From Vulcanimicrobiota bacterium (lineage in GTDB: Bacteria; Vulcanimicrobiota; Vulcanimicrobiia; Vulcanimicrobiales; Vulcanimicrobiaceae): DNA of 64,000 nucleotides. This document shows positions 20,576 to 31,667 of the stretch, piece after piece (position 1 is the stretch's first letter; the number at the start of each line of letters is the position of its first letter). The notes under the pieces are model-generated. The model was given only the letters and a program-made list of their open reading frames with translations. It did no database searches and was not told the DNA's origin. The stretch is from assembly GCA_963723515.1 (NCBI GenBank), contig CAVRQT010000003.1:192001-256000 (forward strand), written 5' to 3'. The translations under genes were made by a program, and so were the position numbers.

Positions 20576-20661
20576 GGCGAACACCTCACGAGTGCATGCC
20601 GAAACGCAATCATCACCCTAGACGATCGTGAGATTTTGTTAAGAAGGGAAAACGCGTACTT

Positions 20662-22180
20662 ATGGCTGCAAAGAAACCGAATATCCTCATACTCTGGGGC
20701 GACGACATCGGCATCTGGAACATCAGCCGCTTTAGCAACGGCATGATGGGGTATCGCACGCCCAACATCGACCGCGTCGCGAACGAAGGCGCGCCTCTTC
20801 ACCGATTACTACTCGCAGCAGAGCTGCACCGCCGGCCGCGCGTGCTTCATCGCCGGCCAGAACCCGATCCGCACCGGCCTCACCAAGGTCGGCATGCCCG
20901 GCGCGACCGTCGGTCTTCAGCCGGAAGATCCGACGATCGCCGAGATGCTCAAGCCGCAGGGCTACGCCACCGGCCAGTTCGGCAAGAACCATCTGGGCGA
21001 CCGCAACGAATTTCTGCCGACCGTCCACGGCTTCGATGAGTTCTTCGGCAACCTCTATCATCTCAACGCCGAAGAAGAGCCCGAACTGCCCGACTATCCC
21101 AAGGATCCCAAGTTCAAGGAAATGTTCGGCCCGCGCGGCGTGCTGCATTGCAAAGCGACCGACACCGACGATGCGACCGTCGATCCTCGCTGGGGACGCG
21201 TCGGCAAGCAAACGATCAAGGATACCGGTCCGCTCACCAAGAAGCGCATGGAAACCGTCGACGAGGAGATCACCGCTCGCGCGCTCGCGTGGATGGAAAA
21301 GCAGGCCAAGGCCGACAAGCCGTTCTTCCTCTGGTACAACTCGACGGCGATGCATTTCCGAACGCACGTCGCCGAAAAGAATCTCGGCAAGAGCGGCCAG
21401 GATCCGTACAGCGATCGCATGGTCGTGCACGACGAGCAGATCGGCATGATGCTCGACAAGCTCGACGAGCTCGGCATCGCCGACAACACGATCGTCATGT
21501 ACTCCACCGACAACGGCCCCGAAAACGACACCTGGCCGGACGGCGCCAACACGCCGTTCCGCGGCCAGAAAGACTCCAACTGGGAAGGCGGCTGGCGCGT
21601 GCCGTGCCTTCATCCGCTGGCCGGGCAACGATCAAGCCCGGTTCGGTCTTCAACGGCATCGTCTCGCACATCGACATGTTCCCGACGCTGCTGGCGGCCG
21701 CCGGCAATCCGGACGTCACCAAACAGCTGCTCGACGGCTGCACGGTGGGCGGCAAGAAGTTCAACGTCCATCTCGACGGCTACAATATGATTCCGTACTT
21801 CACCGGGAAGGTGGCCGAAAGCCCGAGAAACGCCATCGTGTACTTCAGCGACGACGGCGACGTCATCGCGGTCCGGGTCGGCGACTGGAAGTTCAACTTG
21901 GCGCTGCAACGGGCCAATCACGATGGAGCAGTGGGCCGAGCCGTTCGTGAAGCTGCGCTTGCCGCACATCATGAGCCTGCGGCGCGATCCGTTCGAGCGG
22001 GCCGACTTCAACTCGAACACCTACTGGGATTGGATGGTCGATCACGCGCCGCAGCTGTATCTGATGCAGGCGGTGGTGGCGCAGCAGATCGAGGACTTCG
22101 AAAAGTTCCCGCCGCGGCAGAAACCCGCATCGTTCAACCTGGACTCGGTGATGGAACAGGTGAAAACGCCGCACGGCTAA
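20662..22180 (+). CDS. arylsulfatase (at least 3 frameshifts)
   Basis: [34 protein letters not shown] and WEGGWRVP distributed across frames. Confidence 0.85.
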
Positions 22181-22214
22181 CGACTCTCGGTGCTAACGAT
22201 CGGCGCGCGGTCGG

Positions 22215-23437
22215 GTGACGTTTTACGAACGCCATCCGTATCCGCCGCCGGTGGACGATCTCGAAGCCTACCGCCGCTCGTGGGACGACGCACCGCCGGC
22301 GCGCGGAATCGCATCTTTTTGGCCGGCCGAACCATACCGCGAAGACCGCAGCATTTTAGTTGCCGGCTGCGGCACGACGCAGGCCGCGCATTACGCGGTG
22401 CGCTGGCCGCGCGCGCGGGTGATCGGAATCGACGTCAGCGCAAGCAGCCTCGCCTTCACGCAAGAGCTCAAGCGCAAACACGCGCTCGACAACCTCGAGC
22501 TGCACGCAACTTCCCGTCGAGCGCGCCGCCGAACTCGAGCGGACGTTCGATCACGTCGTCTGCACCGGCGTTCTGCACCATCTCGCCGATCCCGACGCCG
22601 GGTTGCGCGCTTTGCGCGACGTGCTCGCGCCGACTGGCGCGCTGCATCTCATGGTGTACGCGCCGTACGGACGCGCCGGCGTCTACATGTTGCAAGACTA
22701 TTGCCGGCGGCTCGGGATTGGCTCGGACCGCTGCCGAGATTCGCGACCTCGCCGCGAGCCTCAAGGCGCTGCCGCCGGACCATCCGATTGCGCCGCTGCT
22801 GCGCAAATCGCCCGACTTCGCGACGACGCCGGGCTAGCGGATGCGCTGCTGCATCCGCAAGATCGAGCGTACTCGGTTCCGCAGCTGCTGGAGTTCCTCG
22901 ACCGCGCCGGTCTCGCGTTCGGGCGCTGGGTGCGGCAGGCGCCCTATCTGCCGTGGTGCGGCGCGCTGGCATCGACGCCGCATCACGCTAAACTGGCTGC
23001 GCTTGCCGCCCGAAGAGCAATATGCCGCCATCGAACTGTTTCGCGGAACGATGGTGCGCCACAGCGTCGTGGCCTATCAAAAGCGACGAACCGGCGCAAA
23101 GCGCCGTCCGTCGATTTCGCAGGCGATGCATGGCTCGACTACGTTCCCATTCGGCTGCCCGACACGCATCGCCGTGCGCGAACGGCTGCCGGCCGGAGCG
23201 GCGGCCGTGCTGATCAATCGCAACCACACCTATACCGATCTTTATCTGCCGATCGATGCGACGGCAAGAGCGGCTGCTGGCCGCGATCGACGGAAAGCGC
23301 ACGATCGCGCAAATCTGTGCGGCGAGCCCGACGCGACCGAAGTCTCGCGCGCGACTTACTTTCAGCAGCTTTGGCGCTGGGATCAAGTCGTTTTCGACAC
23401 TTCGAGCAGTTTCGAGGCAGGAAGAATCCACCGATGA
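22215..23437 (+). CDS. class I SAM-dependent methyltransferase (multiple frameshifts)
   Basis: FYERHPYP, LVAGCGT, CTGVLHHL.DP, LMVYAPYGR, DALLHPQDR. Confidence 0.75.
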
Positions 23438-23939
23438 TCGCGGACACCAGCACAAAAAACACCGGGTTGATCTTCGTTCGCAACATGAGCACGACGACAA
23501 CGAGAGCGACTGCGATCGTAAGGACGGTCGTCGTCGCAGTCGTTGCGAGGGCGTAGACGCCGGAGAGCATCAGGCCAATCGAGATCGGCGCCAAACCGTC
23601 CTGCACCGCTCGCCGCCACGGAGAGTCGCCCGCCCGCACCCAGACGCGACCGACGACGAACACGAGCAGCGCGGCCGGGACGAAGAACGCGAACAACACG
23701 ACAAGCGCACCGAAAATTCCGGCAATCCGATCTCCGAACACGACGACCATAGTCATATTTGGACCAGGCGCCAATTGTCCCAGACTGTATATCTTCGTAA
23801 ATTCGGCGGGACTCATTTGATACTGGCCTTGCATGACTCGCTGCATCTCCGGGAGCACCGCCGTGCCGCCGCCAATTGCCTGCAGCGACAGTGTCCCAAA
23901 GTCGTTGAAGAGCTTCAAAAGGATCTGGAGTTCAGGCAC
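23400..23939 (-). CDS. short-chain chromate transporter subunit (3' end uncertain)
   Basis: AIGGG, GQLAPGPN. Confidence 0.85.
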
Positions 23940-24510
23940 TGGCTTTCCCTCGCGGGCGATAGAGATAGATCGCGATCGGCGCAAGCGTGAGGATAATCAG
24001 CAGCAGGCGCAGCTTGAGAAAGCTCATTCCAACGAACGTCAGCGCAATGAACATGATGTCGCGCGGCCGCATGAACTGCTTGTGGCCCGTGCGCAGCGCG
24101 ATCGCGAGCAGCATCCCGGTTGCACCCGCGGCAATTCCTCGCAGCGCCGCGTTGGCGATCGGCGTTTCGTGGGGCGCCTCGGCAGCGGCCAGGCCGAGCA
24201 AAAACACGACGATCGCACCTGGAGCCACGATACCGAGTCCTGCGGCAATGGCGCCGATCGGCCCGCGCAAGCGGTCGCCGACTAGAACCGCCATGTTGAC
24301 GGCGTTGAGACCGGGCATCGTCTGGCTGATCTCGAGCGAGGCCATGAACTCGTCCTCGTTCAGCCACTTTGTTTCGTCAATCAACATGCGCTGAAGATAC
24401 GCGATGATGCCGCCGCCGAAGCTGACCGCACCGATTGTCCCAAACTTAAGGAAGATCGTCCACAGGCTGACGTGCGGCTTGGTCGCGGTCGCTTCAGACG
24501 CGACGGACAC
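23932..24510 (-). CDS. short-chain chromate transporter subunit
   Basis: SFGGG, SQTMPGLN.VN. Confidence 0.9.
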   Translation of the reverse strand: MSVASEATATKPHVSLWTIFLKFGTIGAVSFGGGIIAYLQRMLIDETKWLNEDEFMASLEISQTMPGLNAVNMAVLVGDRLRGPIGAIAAGLGIVAPGAIVVFLLGLAAAEAPHETPIANAALRGIAAGATGMLLAIALRTGHKQFMRPRDIMFIALTFVGMSFLKLRLLLIILTLAPIAIYLYRPRGKASA

Positions 24511-24511
24511 G

Positions 24512-25330
24512 CTACTCTTGCACTCCGTAGATCAGCGCTGTCTTCGTGCTGCCTTCGAACAGCCAGTCTTTGAGCGGCCCCTGCAACTTTTTGAAAAACT
24601 TGTCGGCCGCCTCATGAGCCTTTTGCTGTTTTGGATTCGAACCGAGCACGTGGTAGGAGTATCCGAACTCTGCCACCAGCACGTTGAAGGCGTCGGTCGT
24701 CGGTCTGGTCCATACGGCAAGCCCCGCCGGGGCGACTGCATCTTTGCCAAAGATGAACGTTCCAAGTTTGGCTTCGATCTCGAAAACTTTCGCATTGTTG
24801 ACGGCCGAGACGGTCTTCGAGGGATCGAGCTGAAGGCTCTTGAGTGCCGGAAAGATCTCAATGATTCGCGACATCGGCAAGCTGAAATTTTTTACCGGCG
24901 ACATCGCGACGTTGTTGTTCGAGAAAATGCGACGAATCGATCCGTCGTCGTCGCCGCGCAAAATCTCTTCCTTGAATTTTCGCTTCTCGCGCACAGCCGC
25001 GGTCGAACCGACATCGAAGTCGACAGACTCCTGATAGTCGCTCGAGCGCAGCTTGAACGTCACCTCAAACGTTTCGTCGGGCCAGCCGCTCGAGCGATCC
25101 TGCCGGAGGCGCAAGATGACGTGGTTGCGCCGAAAATCCTGACCTTCCGTATCGAAAAACTGCACGGTGCGGATCTGCGAATCAACCGTCTCGAACTCGT
25201 CGTAGCTGACCTTGTAGTCCTTGGCGATCTTCGCCAGAAGATCGTTGAACTCGAAGACGGACCGCTTCGTCGGAAATCGCTCGGGTTTGAGCAACAATTT
25301 AAATTCGCGGTGGGTAAAAACTTTCGCCAT
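24512..25330 (-). CDS. CYTH-like (triphosphate tunnel) hypothetical protein
   Basis: REFKLLL, FFDT, ILRLR, TFKLR, KEE, EFGY and SKT-like C-terminal pattern. Confidence 0.55.
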   Translation of the reverse strand: MAKVFTHREFKLLLKPERFPTKRSVFEFNDLLAKIAKDYKVSYDEFETVDSQIRTVQFFDTEGQDFRRNHVILRLRQDRSSGWPDETFEVTFKLRSSDYQESVDFDVGSTAAVREKRKFKEEILRGDDDGSIRRIFSNNNVAMSPVKNFSLPMSRIIEIFPALKSLQLDPSKTVSAVNNAKVFEIEAKLGTFIFGKDAVAPAGLAVWTRPTTDAFNVLVAEFGYSYHVLGSNPKQQKAHEAADKFFKKLQGPLKDWLFEGSTKTALIYGVQE

Positions 25331-25361
25331 TTAGTTTCCTTAAAGGTTCCGCAGCGGCCCG

Positions 25362-25988
25362 TCACGCTAGCGTGCTGACCGCGCGGGCTGCGATCAGGAA
25401 GAGCGTCGTGAGCGAGATCAACGCTTGCAACATCAGCATCAGCTTCGCGCGGTGGCTCACAGGTCGCGCGTAGTCGGGGGGCATGAATGACGTAGACGTG
25501 CCAAACGCGAGGAATAGGTAATCCACGAACCGCGGCCTGTCCTTTTCGGCGAAATCGAAATCGTTGGCATGGGTTTGCGCCCCCGCGCTATCGACTTGCC
25601 AATAGAGCAGTGCAAAACTTACAAGGTTGACAAGCCAGATTTGCGCTCCAGTCTCGAGTAACGTTATGCCGCCAAAGCCGTGTTTGGTGGCGAGCATGTC
25701 TGCGACGAGTTTGACAACCGTTGTGATCGTCAAAATGCAGACAATGGCGAAAATCCCGACAATGACCGCGCGCTCGACACGACGCCAAAAAAAGCTTGTC
25801 GGTGCAAAGGCGACCGCTAGCATCGATCCCACGCCGACAGCGAAGAGCGCCCACGGAACCCATGGTCCCAAAACATGGTAGCGGTTCGGCAATAACTGGA
25901 CAAAACCAAATACGAAAACATAGGCGAGGATGGGCGGCCAACGCGGCTCGGCATCCGGGCCTGTGGCGGCCGGCGACCTCTCGTTCAC
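25362..25988 (-). CDS. DUF1345 family membrane protein (second copy)
   Basis: EPRWP, FALLYWQVD, DYLFLAF..STSF.P.D, RAKLMLMLQ. Confidence 0.8.
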   Translation of the reverse strand: MNERSPAATGPDAEPRWPPILAYVFVFGFVQLLPNRYHVLGPWVPWALFAVGVGSMLAVAFAPTSFFWRRVERAVIVGIFAIVCILTITTVVKLVADMLATKHGFGGITLLETGAQIWLVNLVSFALLYWQVDSAGAQTHANDFDFAEKDRPRFVDYLFLAFGTSTSFMPPDYARPVSHRAKLMLMLQALISLTTLFLIAARAVSTLA

Positions 25989-26028
25989 GCGCTATCCAGA
26001 GATCGCCGACCCTTTTAGAGTCGAGGCC

Positions 26029-26703
26029 TTACAAGGCGCGCTGGCCGATGACGCGACCCACCGTCGGCGTGGTGTCCTTGCCCTTGCCCCAAGTGCCGTT
26101 GAAGCTGTTGTTGTCATTGTTGAACCAAAATGAGAACCAGCCCGACGTGCCCATGCCCGTCCAGGTCGCTCGTACCTTGTCTTTGGTTCTGAATTTGCCG
26201 TTGAGGACGATACCGCCCGTGCGACACACGACTGTTGGGCCCGATTGCTTGCAGCCCATGTTCCCCAGGAAAGCCGTCGGGCCGCCGGCACCAACGACGT
26301 GCCACGTTCCGGCCGCGGTGATCGGGGACGGCGGCAGAACTCTATTCCCGACGAACGATCCGTTGGCAGGCCGTCCGTTATAGCCCCACGTGCCATTCAA
26401 GCTGTGACCGTTAGGGCTCACATAGACGGTCAGCCAACCGGCGCCGCCTTTACCGTGCCATTTTCCATTGATCTGCGTATCGTTGACAAAGGTGCCGGTG
26501 AGTCCGTTTCCGTTCGTAGCGTTGCTGCCGACAATCCCCATGCCTGACTGGTGCAGCGTTATCGTCGAGGTTGTGGTGCCGTTGAGACCCGTTTGCTCGA
26601 CGTGCCAAGTCCCCGTGACATTCGGCGGGCTCGCCAGTGCCCAGCCGGTCGTTAGCGCGGCCATCGCCAAGCCGCAAATTGTTGAAATAGCAAGACGTTG
26701 CAT
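26029..26703 (-). CDS. secreted hypothetical protein with two beta-rich repeats
   Basis: Signal peptide, RBS AAGGAG, GTWHV...NGTWG duplicated. Confidence 0.7.
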   Translation of the reverse strand: MQRLAISTICGLAMAALTTGWALASPPNVTGTWHVEQTGLNGTTTSTITLHQSGMGIVGSNATNGNGLTGTFVNDTQINGKWHGKGGAGWLTVYVSPNGHSLNGTWGYNGRPANGSFVGNRVLPPSPITAAGTWHVVGAGGPTAFLGNMGCKQSGPTVVCRTGGIVLNGKFRTKDKVRATWTGMGTSGWFSFWFNNDNNSFNGTWGKGKDTTPTVGRVIGQRAL

Positions 26704-26827
26704 GCGTAAAACTCCTTCGCGTTCGTATATTCGTATAGATGAGGGGGCGTTCTGGGCGCTCGATTAAGCGGCGCCTCGTTACTCACGTAAGAGTTCTGGC
26801 GTTCGCTGGTGAGCGATGGCGCGCGGC

Positions 26828-27199
26828 TTACAATCCGACAAGATATGTTATGTAAAGTATGGCAAAGATACCATCGACGATTGCAATGGCGGTCATTCCG
26901 ATCGTCCGTCGCAAGGGGCCGAAGAATATCATCGCGACGAGCGCAACCTTCTCTATGGCTGCCGCAGCTAAAATCGGATTGCGGGTCGCGGCATCGTATG
27001 CCGCGTACACGGTCAACGCGCCCACAAGAAAGATCAGAAGCCCCCAGTGCCGTGTGAAGAAGAGCACTGCCCTGTCGATGGGCTCGATTGCGAACGCTAC
27101 TCGCAACAATGGCCTCGGGAAGAGCAAAGCGGCGAAACCGCCGGCGGCGGTGATGACGCCCGACGCGATGAGTATCCACCCAATCGACGACGCTAGCAA
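26828..27199 (-). CDS. small hypothetical membrane protein
   Basis: 4 hydrophobic segments, RHWG and EK motifs. Confidence 0.6.
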   Translation of the reverse strand: MLASSIGWILIASGVITAAGGFAALLFPRPLLRVAFAIEPIDRAVLFFTRHWGLLIFLVGALTVYAAYDAATRNPILAAAAIEKVALVAMIFFGPLRRTIGMTAIAIVDGIFAILYITYLVGL

Positions 27200-27236
27200 C
27201 CGATCACATCCTAAAGAACGGTCCTGAAAGCCGGCG

Positions 27237-28209
27237 CTACTTTCCCAGAGCTTCCTTTATAAGTTCTTCTCTGCTGATGCGCTTGATCGGGAAGACGAGC
27301 GACCACTGGATGCGCAATTGCGTCTGCGGCGCACCGACGGGCCGCGCGACGTAGGTGAAGTAACCGACGCCGAGTTGCATCAGCTGGTCGCCCGCTTTGA
27401 ACGTCTTTACGAGATTGAGGCCGAGGGGGACTGTCCATTTATTTTGAGGCGCGTTCCAATTCGCGGTGATCGTTGGCGCAAACGCGAGCGCGAGCCCGCC
27501 TTTAAAGTTGTAGTTCACGAAGGGCTGCACCAAGAACTGGCTGACGTCCGGGCGGTTCGACTTCCCAGCAAACGACCACAACTGATTGACAAGCGCGCCG
27601 ATGACCCAGGGCCCCGGCATGACCAGCGCAACCGCCGTTGGTCCCGCGCTCCATTTGCCCGTGCCGAGCGTATCGGGCGATGCGGTCGGAATCAAGAACT
27701 GGGGACCGATGCCCCAGATCAGCGCTCCGGGCTTTGTCTTGGGCGCAAAATAGAATTGCGGGTTGAAATCGCCGATGCCGAACGTCCACGGGCATCCCAA
27801 CGCCGATGCGCAGACTTGCGGCGGCGCCGCCGAGGGCTGGTTTACGATCGGCATGATCATGCGGATGACCAGATTCAAGTTGGGACTCAACATGGCCGGC
27901 ACGACCGGTTGTACGTTCAGGTTGTACTGATAACGCGCGTAGGGCCCAACGCCAAAGTTGAAATTGTTCTGGAACGGAATGATCGTGACGTTGCCGACCG
28001 GGTTTTGCGTCGTCTTGATGATGAATTGTTGGACGGCCGCTTGCTGTTCAGGCGTGAGGTTGCCGAGCGGGTTCGCGCCCTGCGGAGCCGCTGATGCCGA
28101 GGGCGTTGGTTGCGGAGGTGCGCTCGGCGTGGTCTGGCCGAGCGCCGGCGATTGCAGTGCGGTGAGCACAATGAACGCGAAGAAGAGCGTGCGGCGTTGT
28201 CGCGGTCAT
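27237..28209 (-). CDS. outer-membrane transporter-like beta-barrel ('neuromedin U' annotation family); 5' frameshift probable
   Basis: QNPVGN...PFQNN, QPVVP, LGTGKWSAGP, QPFVNYN. Confidence 0.8.
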
Positions 28210-29417
28210 AACTCGAATGTCTCCCAAGTGTACGGCGTGAATCCCCTAGCCGCGTCGTCATAGCCGATCTGGAACGCTTCGGCGATCGCTTTTTGATCGT
28301 TGAAAGAGACGACTCCCAAAGGCAATTCTGATTTTGGACGCGTGTAGAACAGGTCGGTTTCCGGCACTGTGCTCATGAAACGCGCGAGGTGCGCTTGTTC
28401 TGTTGTCGAGAGCCTTTGATTGCTAAAGCCTAAGCGTGAGTATGCGCGTCTAGCCACGCTCTGAAAGTAAGTGTCACGCATCTCGATCTCGAGTATCTTG
28501 CGCTGCATCGTTCCATATGCACCAAAGGCGATTGCGACTGCGTCTTCGTATGCCGTTTGCGGCTCGAATGGCGGATCCATGAGCACGATGTCGGCAGCAC
28601 GCGCAACCGAGTGAGCGATCGCAACTGCCGAGTTGCTGGCCACGCCGCCATCTACGTACAAGTTCGGTGTGCCGTCCGGACCGGGAAGCTCCACCGGATC
28701 GAAGGCTAAGGGAATAGCTGCCGAGGCGAAAAGGGCGCGGTGAAGCAGATCGACTGTTATTTCGCGCACGGCAGTGTTGGGGCCGAGCGTCAATTGCAAC
28801 GAGTGGACGAGTCTCTGCGGTAGTGCCTTCGGACTGCCTGGCGGCCGCGCGAAAAAATACTCGGGGCGTTGTGTCGTAAGATTGGTGACGGCCCAAACAA
28901 GCGGCATGACGAGCGGCCGTTGCGAATCGATGTGGCGTTCGATCCAGTCGAGAACCGGCTGCGATTCGAGGACCGCAGGCTCGTTTTTAGTGAGTCCGAT
29001 TAGCCGGATTGCGGCCATTAGCCGATTGCCAACGCCGCTTTGTGCGTTACGGAGTGCCGCAAATTGCGGCTTAAGTTTCAAAAGATTTTGCGACGCGATA
29101 CCTGACCACAGTTCGCGCAACTGTGTGTACTGACCGGTAGCAACGAACCAGCCGTTCAACGCGCCGATCGATGTGCCGCACGTTATACCATAGGGTGCGA
29201 GCGGTTGCCCGTCGCCGACTGCCGCCTTGCCGGCAAGTCCACTGATGATACCAGCTTCATAAGCTCCGCGAGCACCGCCGCCCGACAAAACGAGTGCGCG
29301 TTCTAATGGCTTGGGGGTTGCAGCGGGTGACGCTGCCGCAGCCGGCGTTGCAAGCAGCGCACGTCCCAAACTCGCCGCGCTAAGCGCGCCTAAGAATGTT
29401 CGCCGCTCTATCATCAT
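28206..29417 (-). CDS. patatin-like phospholipase with Tat signal
   Basis: RRTFL; GGGARG, GTSIG, ASAAIP, DGG. Confidence 0.9.
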   Translation of the reverse strand: MMIERRTFLGALSAASLGRALLATPAAAASPAATPKPLERALVLSGGGARGAYEAGIISGLAGKAAVGDGQPLAPYGITCGTSIGALNGWFVATGQYTQLRELWSGIASQNLLKLKPQFAALRNAQSGVGNRLMAAIRLIGLTKNEPAVLESQPVLDWIERHIDSQRPLVMPLVWAVTNLTTQRPEYFFARPPGSPKALPQRLVHSLQLTLGPNTAVREITVDLLHRALFASAAIPLAFDPVELPGPDGTPNLYVDGGVASNSAVAIAHSVARAADIVLMDPPFEPQTAYEDAVAIAFGAYGTMQRKILEIEMRDTYFQSVARRAYSRLGFSNQRLSTTEQAHLARFMSTVPETDLFYTRPKSELPLGVVSFNDQKAIAEAFQIGYDDAARGFTPYTWETFEL

Positions 29418-29539
29418 TTTATTAGAAACCCTTTACCGGTCGCGCTTCGAAAGCAAGCGATGGCTTCCTTTTGGGCCAACCTGCAAACTGATCGGTTGCT
29501 AACCGTTCGCGAATCTATCGTTTAAAGTTCGGAAGCGTA

Positions 29540-30731
29540 CTAGGAGCCAACAGCGTCGGTTAGGTCGCGAAACGTCGAAACGCTGGCGTCCTTGTTGTTG
29601 CCCTGTGCATCGAATGCGGCCGGGAGATACGTAACTGCGACGGCGATCGTCAGCTTTTTCGCCGGCAAATAACCGACCGTCGCTGAGCAACCGGCGAAGG
29701 CTTTTGTTTGCGTGATCCAAGGGCCAAGCAAAACGACGCCGAGCCCATAATGGAAGGCCATTGTGTTTCGACGGCACACCGCACATTTCGCAGCGGCGTG
29801 ACCGAACCCAACGAGCGTTGGGCCAACCTGCTGCATAAATGACGACCGCGAAAGAAGCGTCCCATTCCCGACGGCTTCCATGCTCTTGCTCATGTCGGTA
29901 ATGTCGGTCGTTTGCACGGCGCGATCATATGTCGTCCAAGACGGATTCCAATACGTGGACTCCTCGTAAAACGGAGCGCCGGGTTTCACGCCCAGCTCCT
30001 GTCGGCGTTCGGACGTGAACGCGTGCAGCACCGGCGGCGGGATGTACGGCGTGATGAAGCCGTCGGTTTGCGTCAGTCCCATCGGGCCAAAGATGTATTT
30101 GTGCATCGCGTCGTTGAGCGGCATACCGGCGATTTTCTCGAGAACGCCGCCCAAGATGACGTAGTTCGTATGTGAATAGCCCCAGTTCGTGCCTGGCGCG
30201 AACATCATCGGCTTCGAGATGCCGACGTGAATCAGTTGCGCGGGCGTCCATTGCCGGAACGGATCCAGTTCCGTTCCGTTGAGCACTTCCGGCTGATACA
30301 CGTAGTCGGCGTAGCCGGAGGTCATGTTGGCGAGGTTGCGCAGCGTGATCCGGTCCGCTTGCGGCAAATCCGGACGAAAGCGAGAGAGTTTCGTTTCGAG
30401 TGCGACCTTCTTATCGTCGACCAATTTCAGCAGCAGCGTCGACATGTAGGTAAAGGCCATGGCCCCGTTTCGAAAGTGCATGTCCGGCGTTGCGGGGACG
30501 CCGCTCATCGACTCGCCGTACGCATGCGTGTAGACGTTCACGCCGCCGGAACGAACTTGCACGATGAGCGCCTTGATGTGGTAGCGCGTCACCGCGGTCT
30601 GCGCGATCCTTTGAATCGTTGCAACCTGCGTTGAATTGCCGGCCGCTGAGACTGCCGGCGCACGCTGCGAACAGGCGGCGAGTGCAAGAATGCAAGATCG
30701 TGCCTGCAATGCAAGCGCGGCGCGTCCGCAT
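29540..30731 (-). CDS. beta-lactamase/serine hydrolase-fold lipoprotein (frameshift near 30690)
   Basis: LAAC lipobox, LANMTSG, PGTNWGYSHTNY, PMGLT; lacks SxxK. Confidence 0.85.
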
Positions 30732-30860
30732 TAGGCCCTACGATTTCGTGCACGTCGTTTTCCCGCGCTTCGTAAGCAGGCGATAGCCTCCTGTTGCCGG
30801 ATCGTGCTTTCGCACGCGTACGAGGGAAGAGCATGGGTTCTGACGTTTTAGAGTACTGCG

Positions 30861-31443
30861 ATGCTTGAATTTTGGAACACGATCGCCGCGATAGGAACCT
30901 TTCTCGTTATCACTGCAACTGCGATAGCTGCGGTCATTCAACTGCGGCATCTGCGTGCTGCAAACCAACTCGAGGGTTTACTGACGGTGCTTGCGCGCGT
31001 TGAGGACGCTCGCTTCAACACTTGGCTCACGGAGACGCAAAAGCAGCTGCCTGAAATGCTGGCGAACCCCGCGTACGTCAAAAGCGTCGCCGACGGCACT
31101 TTCGATCGCAGTGTCGCGTGGCTGCAGCTTGCGAATTCCTACGATTGGGTTGGTAGCCTTGTAAAGAATAAGCTCATCCCGATCGACGCGTTCTTGGACG
31201 TCTATGCATTTCGCGTCATACAAGCGTGGAAGTTGATCGAGCCGCTCGCGGTGCTTGTACGGCACAACTTCCTTCTCGGCGATTTGGGAGAACTTTGAGT
31301 TTCTTTATGTCCGAGCGTGCGAGTGGAGAGAGCAGCATTCTGATGGCAACTATCCAAAGCATGCGCCGCGCGCAGATTTGCCGCCGTATGAACAGCTCTT
31401 TGCGTCTCAAGATGGAATTACGAGTCAGAAGACCGTAACATAG
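30861..31443 (+). CDS. DUF4760-like hypothetical protein with N-terminal TM (frameshift near 31270)
   Basis: TM then QLRHLR; YDWVGSLVK; WENFEFLY in second frame. Confidence 0.6.
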
Positions 31444-31459
31444 AAGTTGCAGTACGTTC

Positions 31460-31547
31460 GGAGAGGTGGCAGAGCGGTTGAATGCGGCGGTCTTGAAAAC
31501 CGCTGAACGTGATGAACGTTCCGTGGGTTCGAATCCCACTCTCTCCT
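31460..31547 (+). tRNA. tRNA-Ser(TGA)
   Basis: GGAGAGG/TCTCTCC acceptor stem, GCGGT-CTTGAAA-ACCGC anticodon arm, long variable arm, GTGGG-TTCGAAT-CCCAC T arm; CCA not encoded. Confidence 0.95.
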
Positions 31548-31667
31548 GTTTTAGCGCATAACGACGGGCTTTTCTCTATTCTGTGCCTTAGAAGGGCGGC
31601 GCCGTCGTCGTCGACATAGGAATTTGCGGCCGATCTTCGTGAGGCGAAAAGGCTGTTGCGTGGCGCG

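Noticed and set aside
24404..25378. Long antisense ORFs (also 3990-4811, 15357-16214, 20732-21628, 27318-28094)
   Set aside because: Shadow ORFs opposite well-supported genes, expected in GC-rich DNA.
31460..31547. Long-variable-arm tRNA as possible tRNA-Sec
   Set aside because: The anticodon is TGA (reads UCA, Ser), not TCA, and the acceptor stem is the normal 7 bp.
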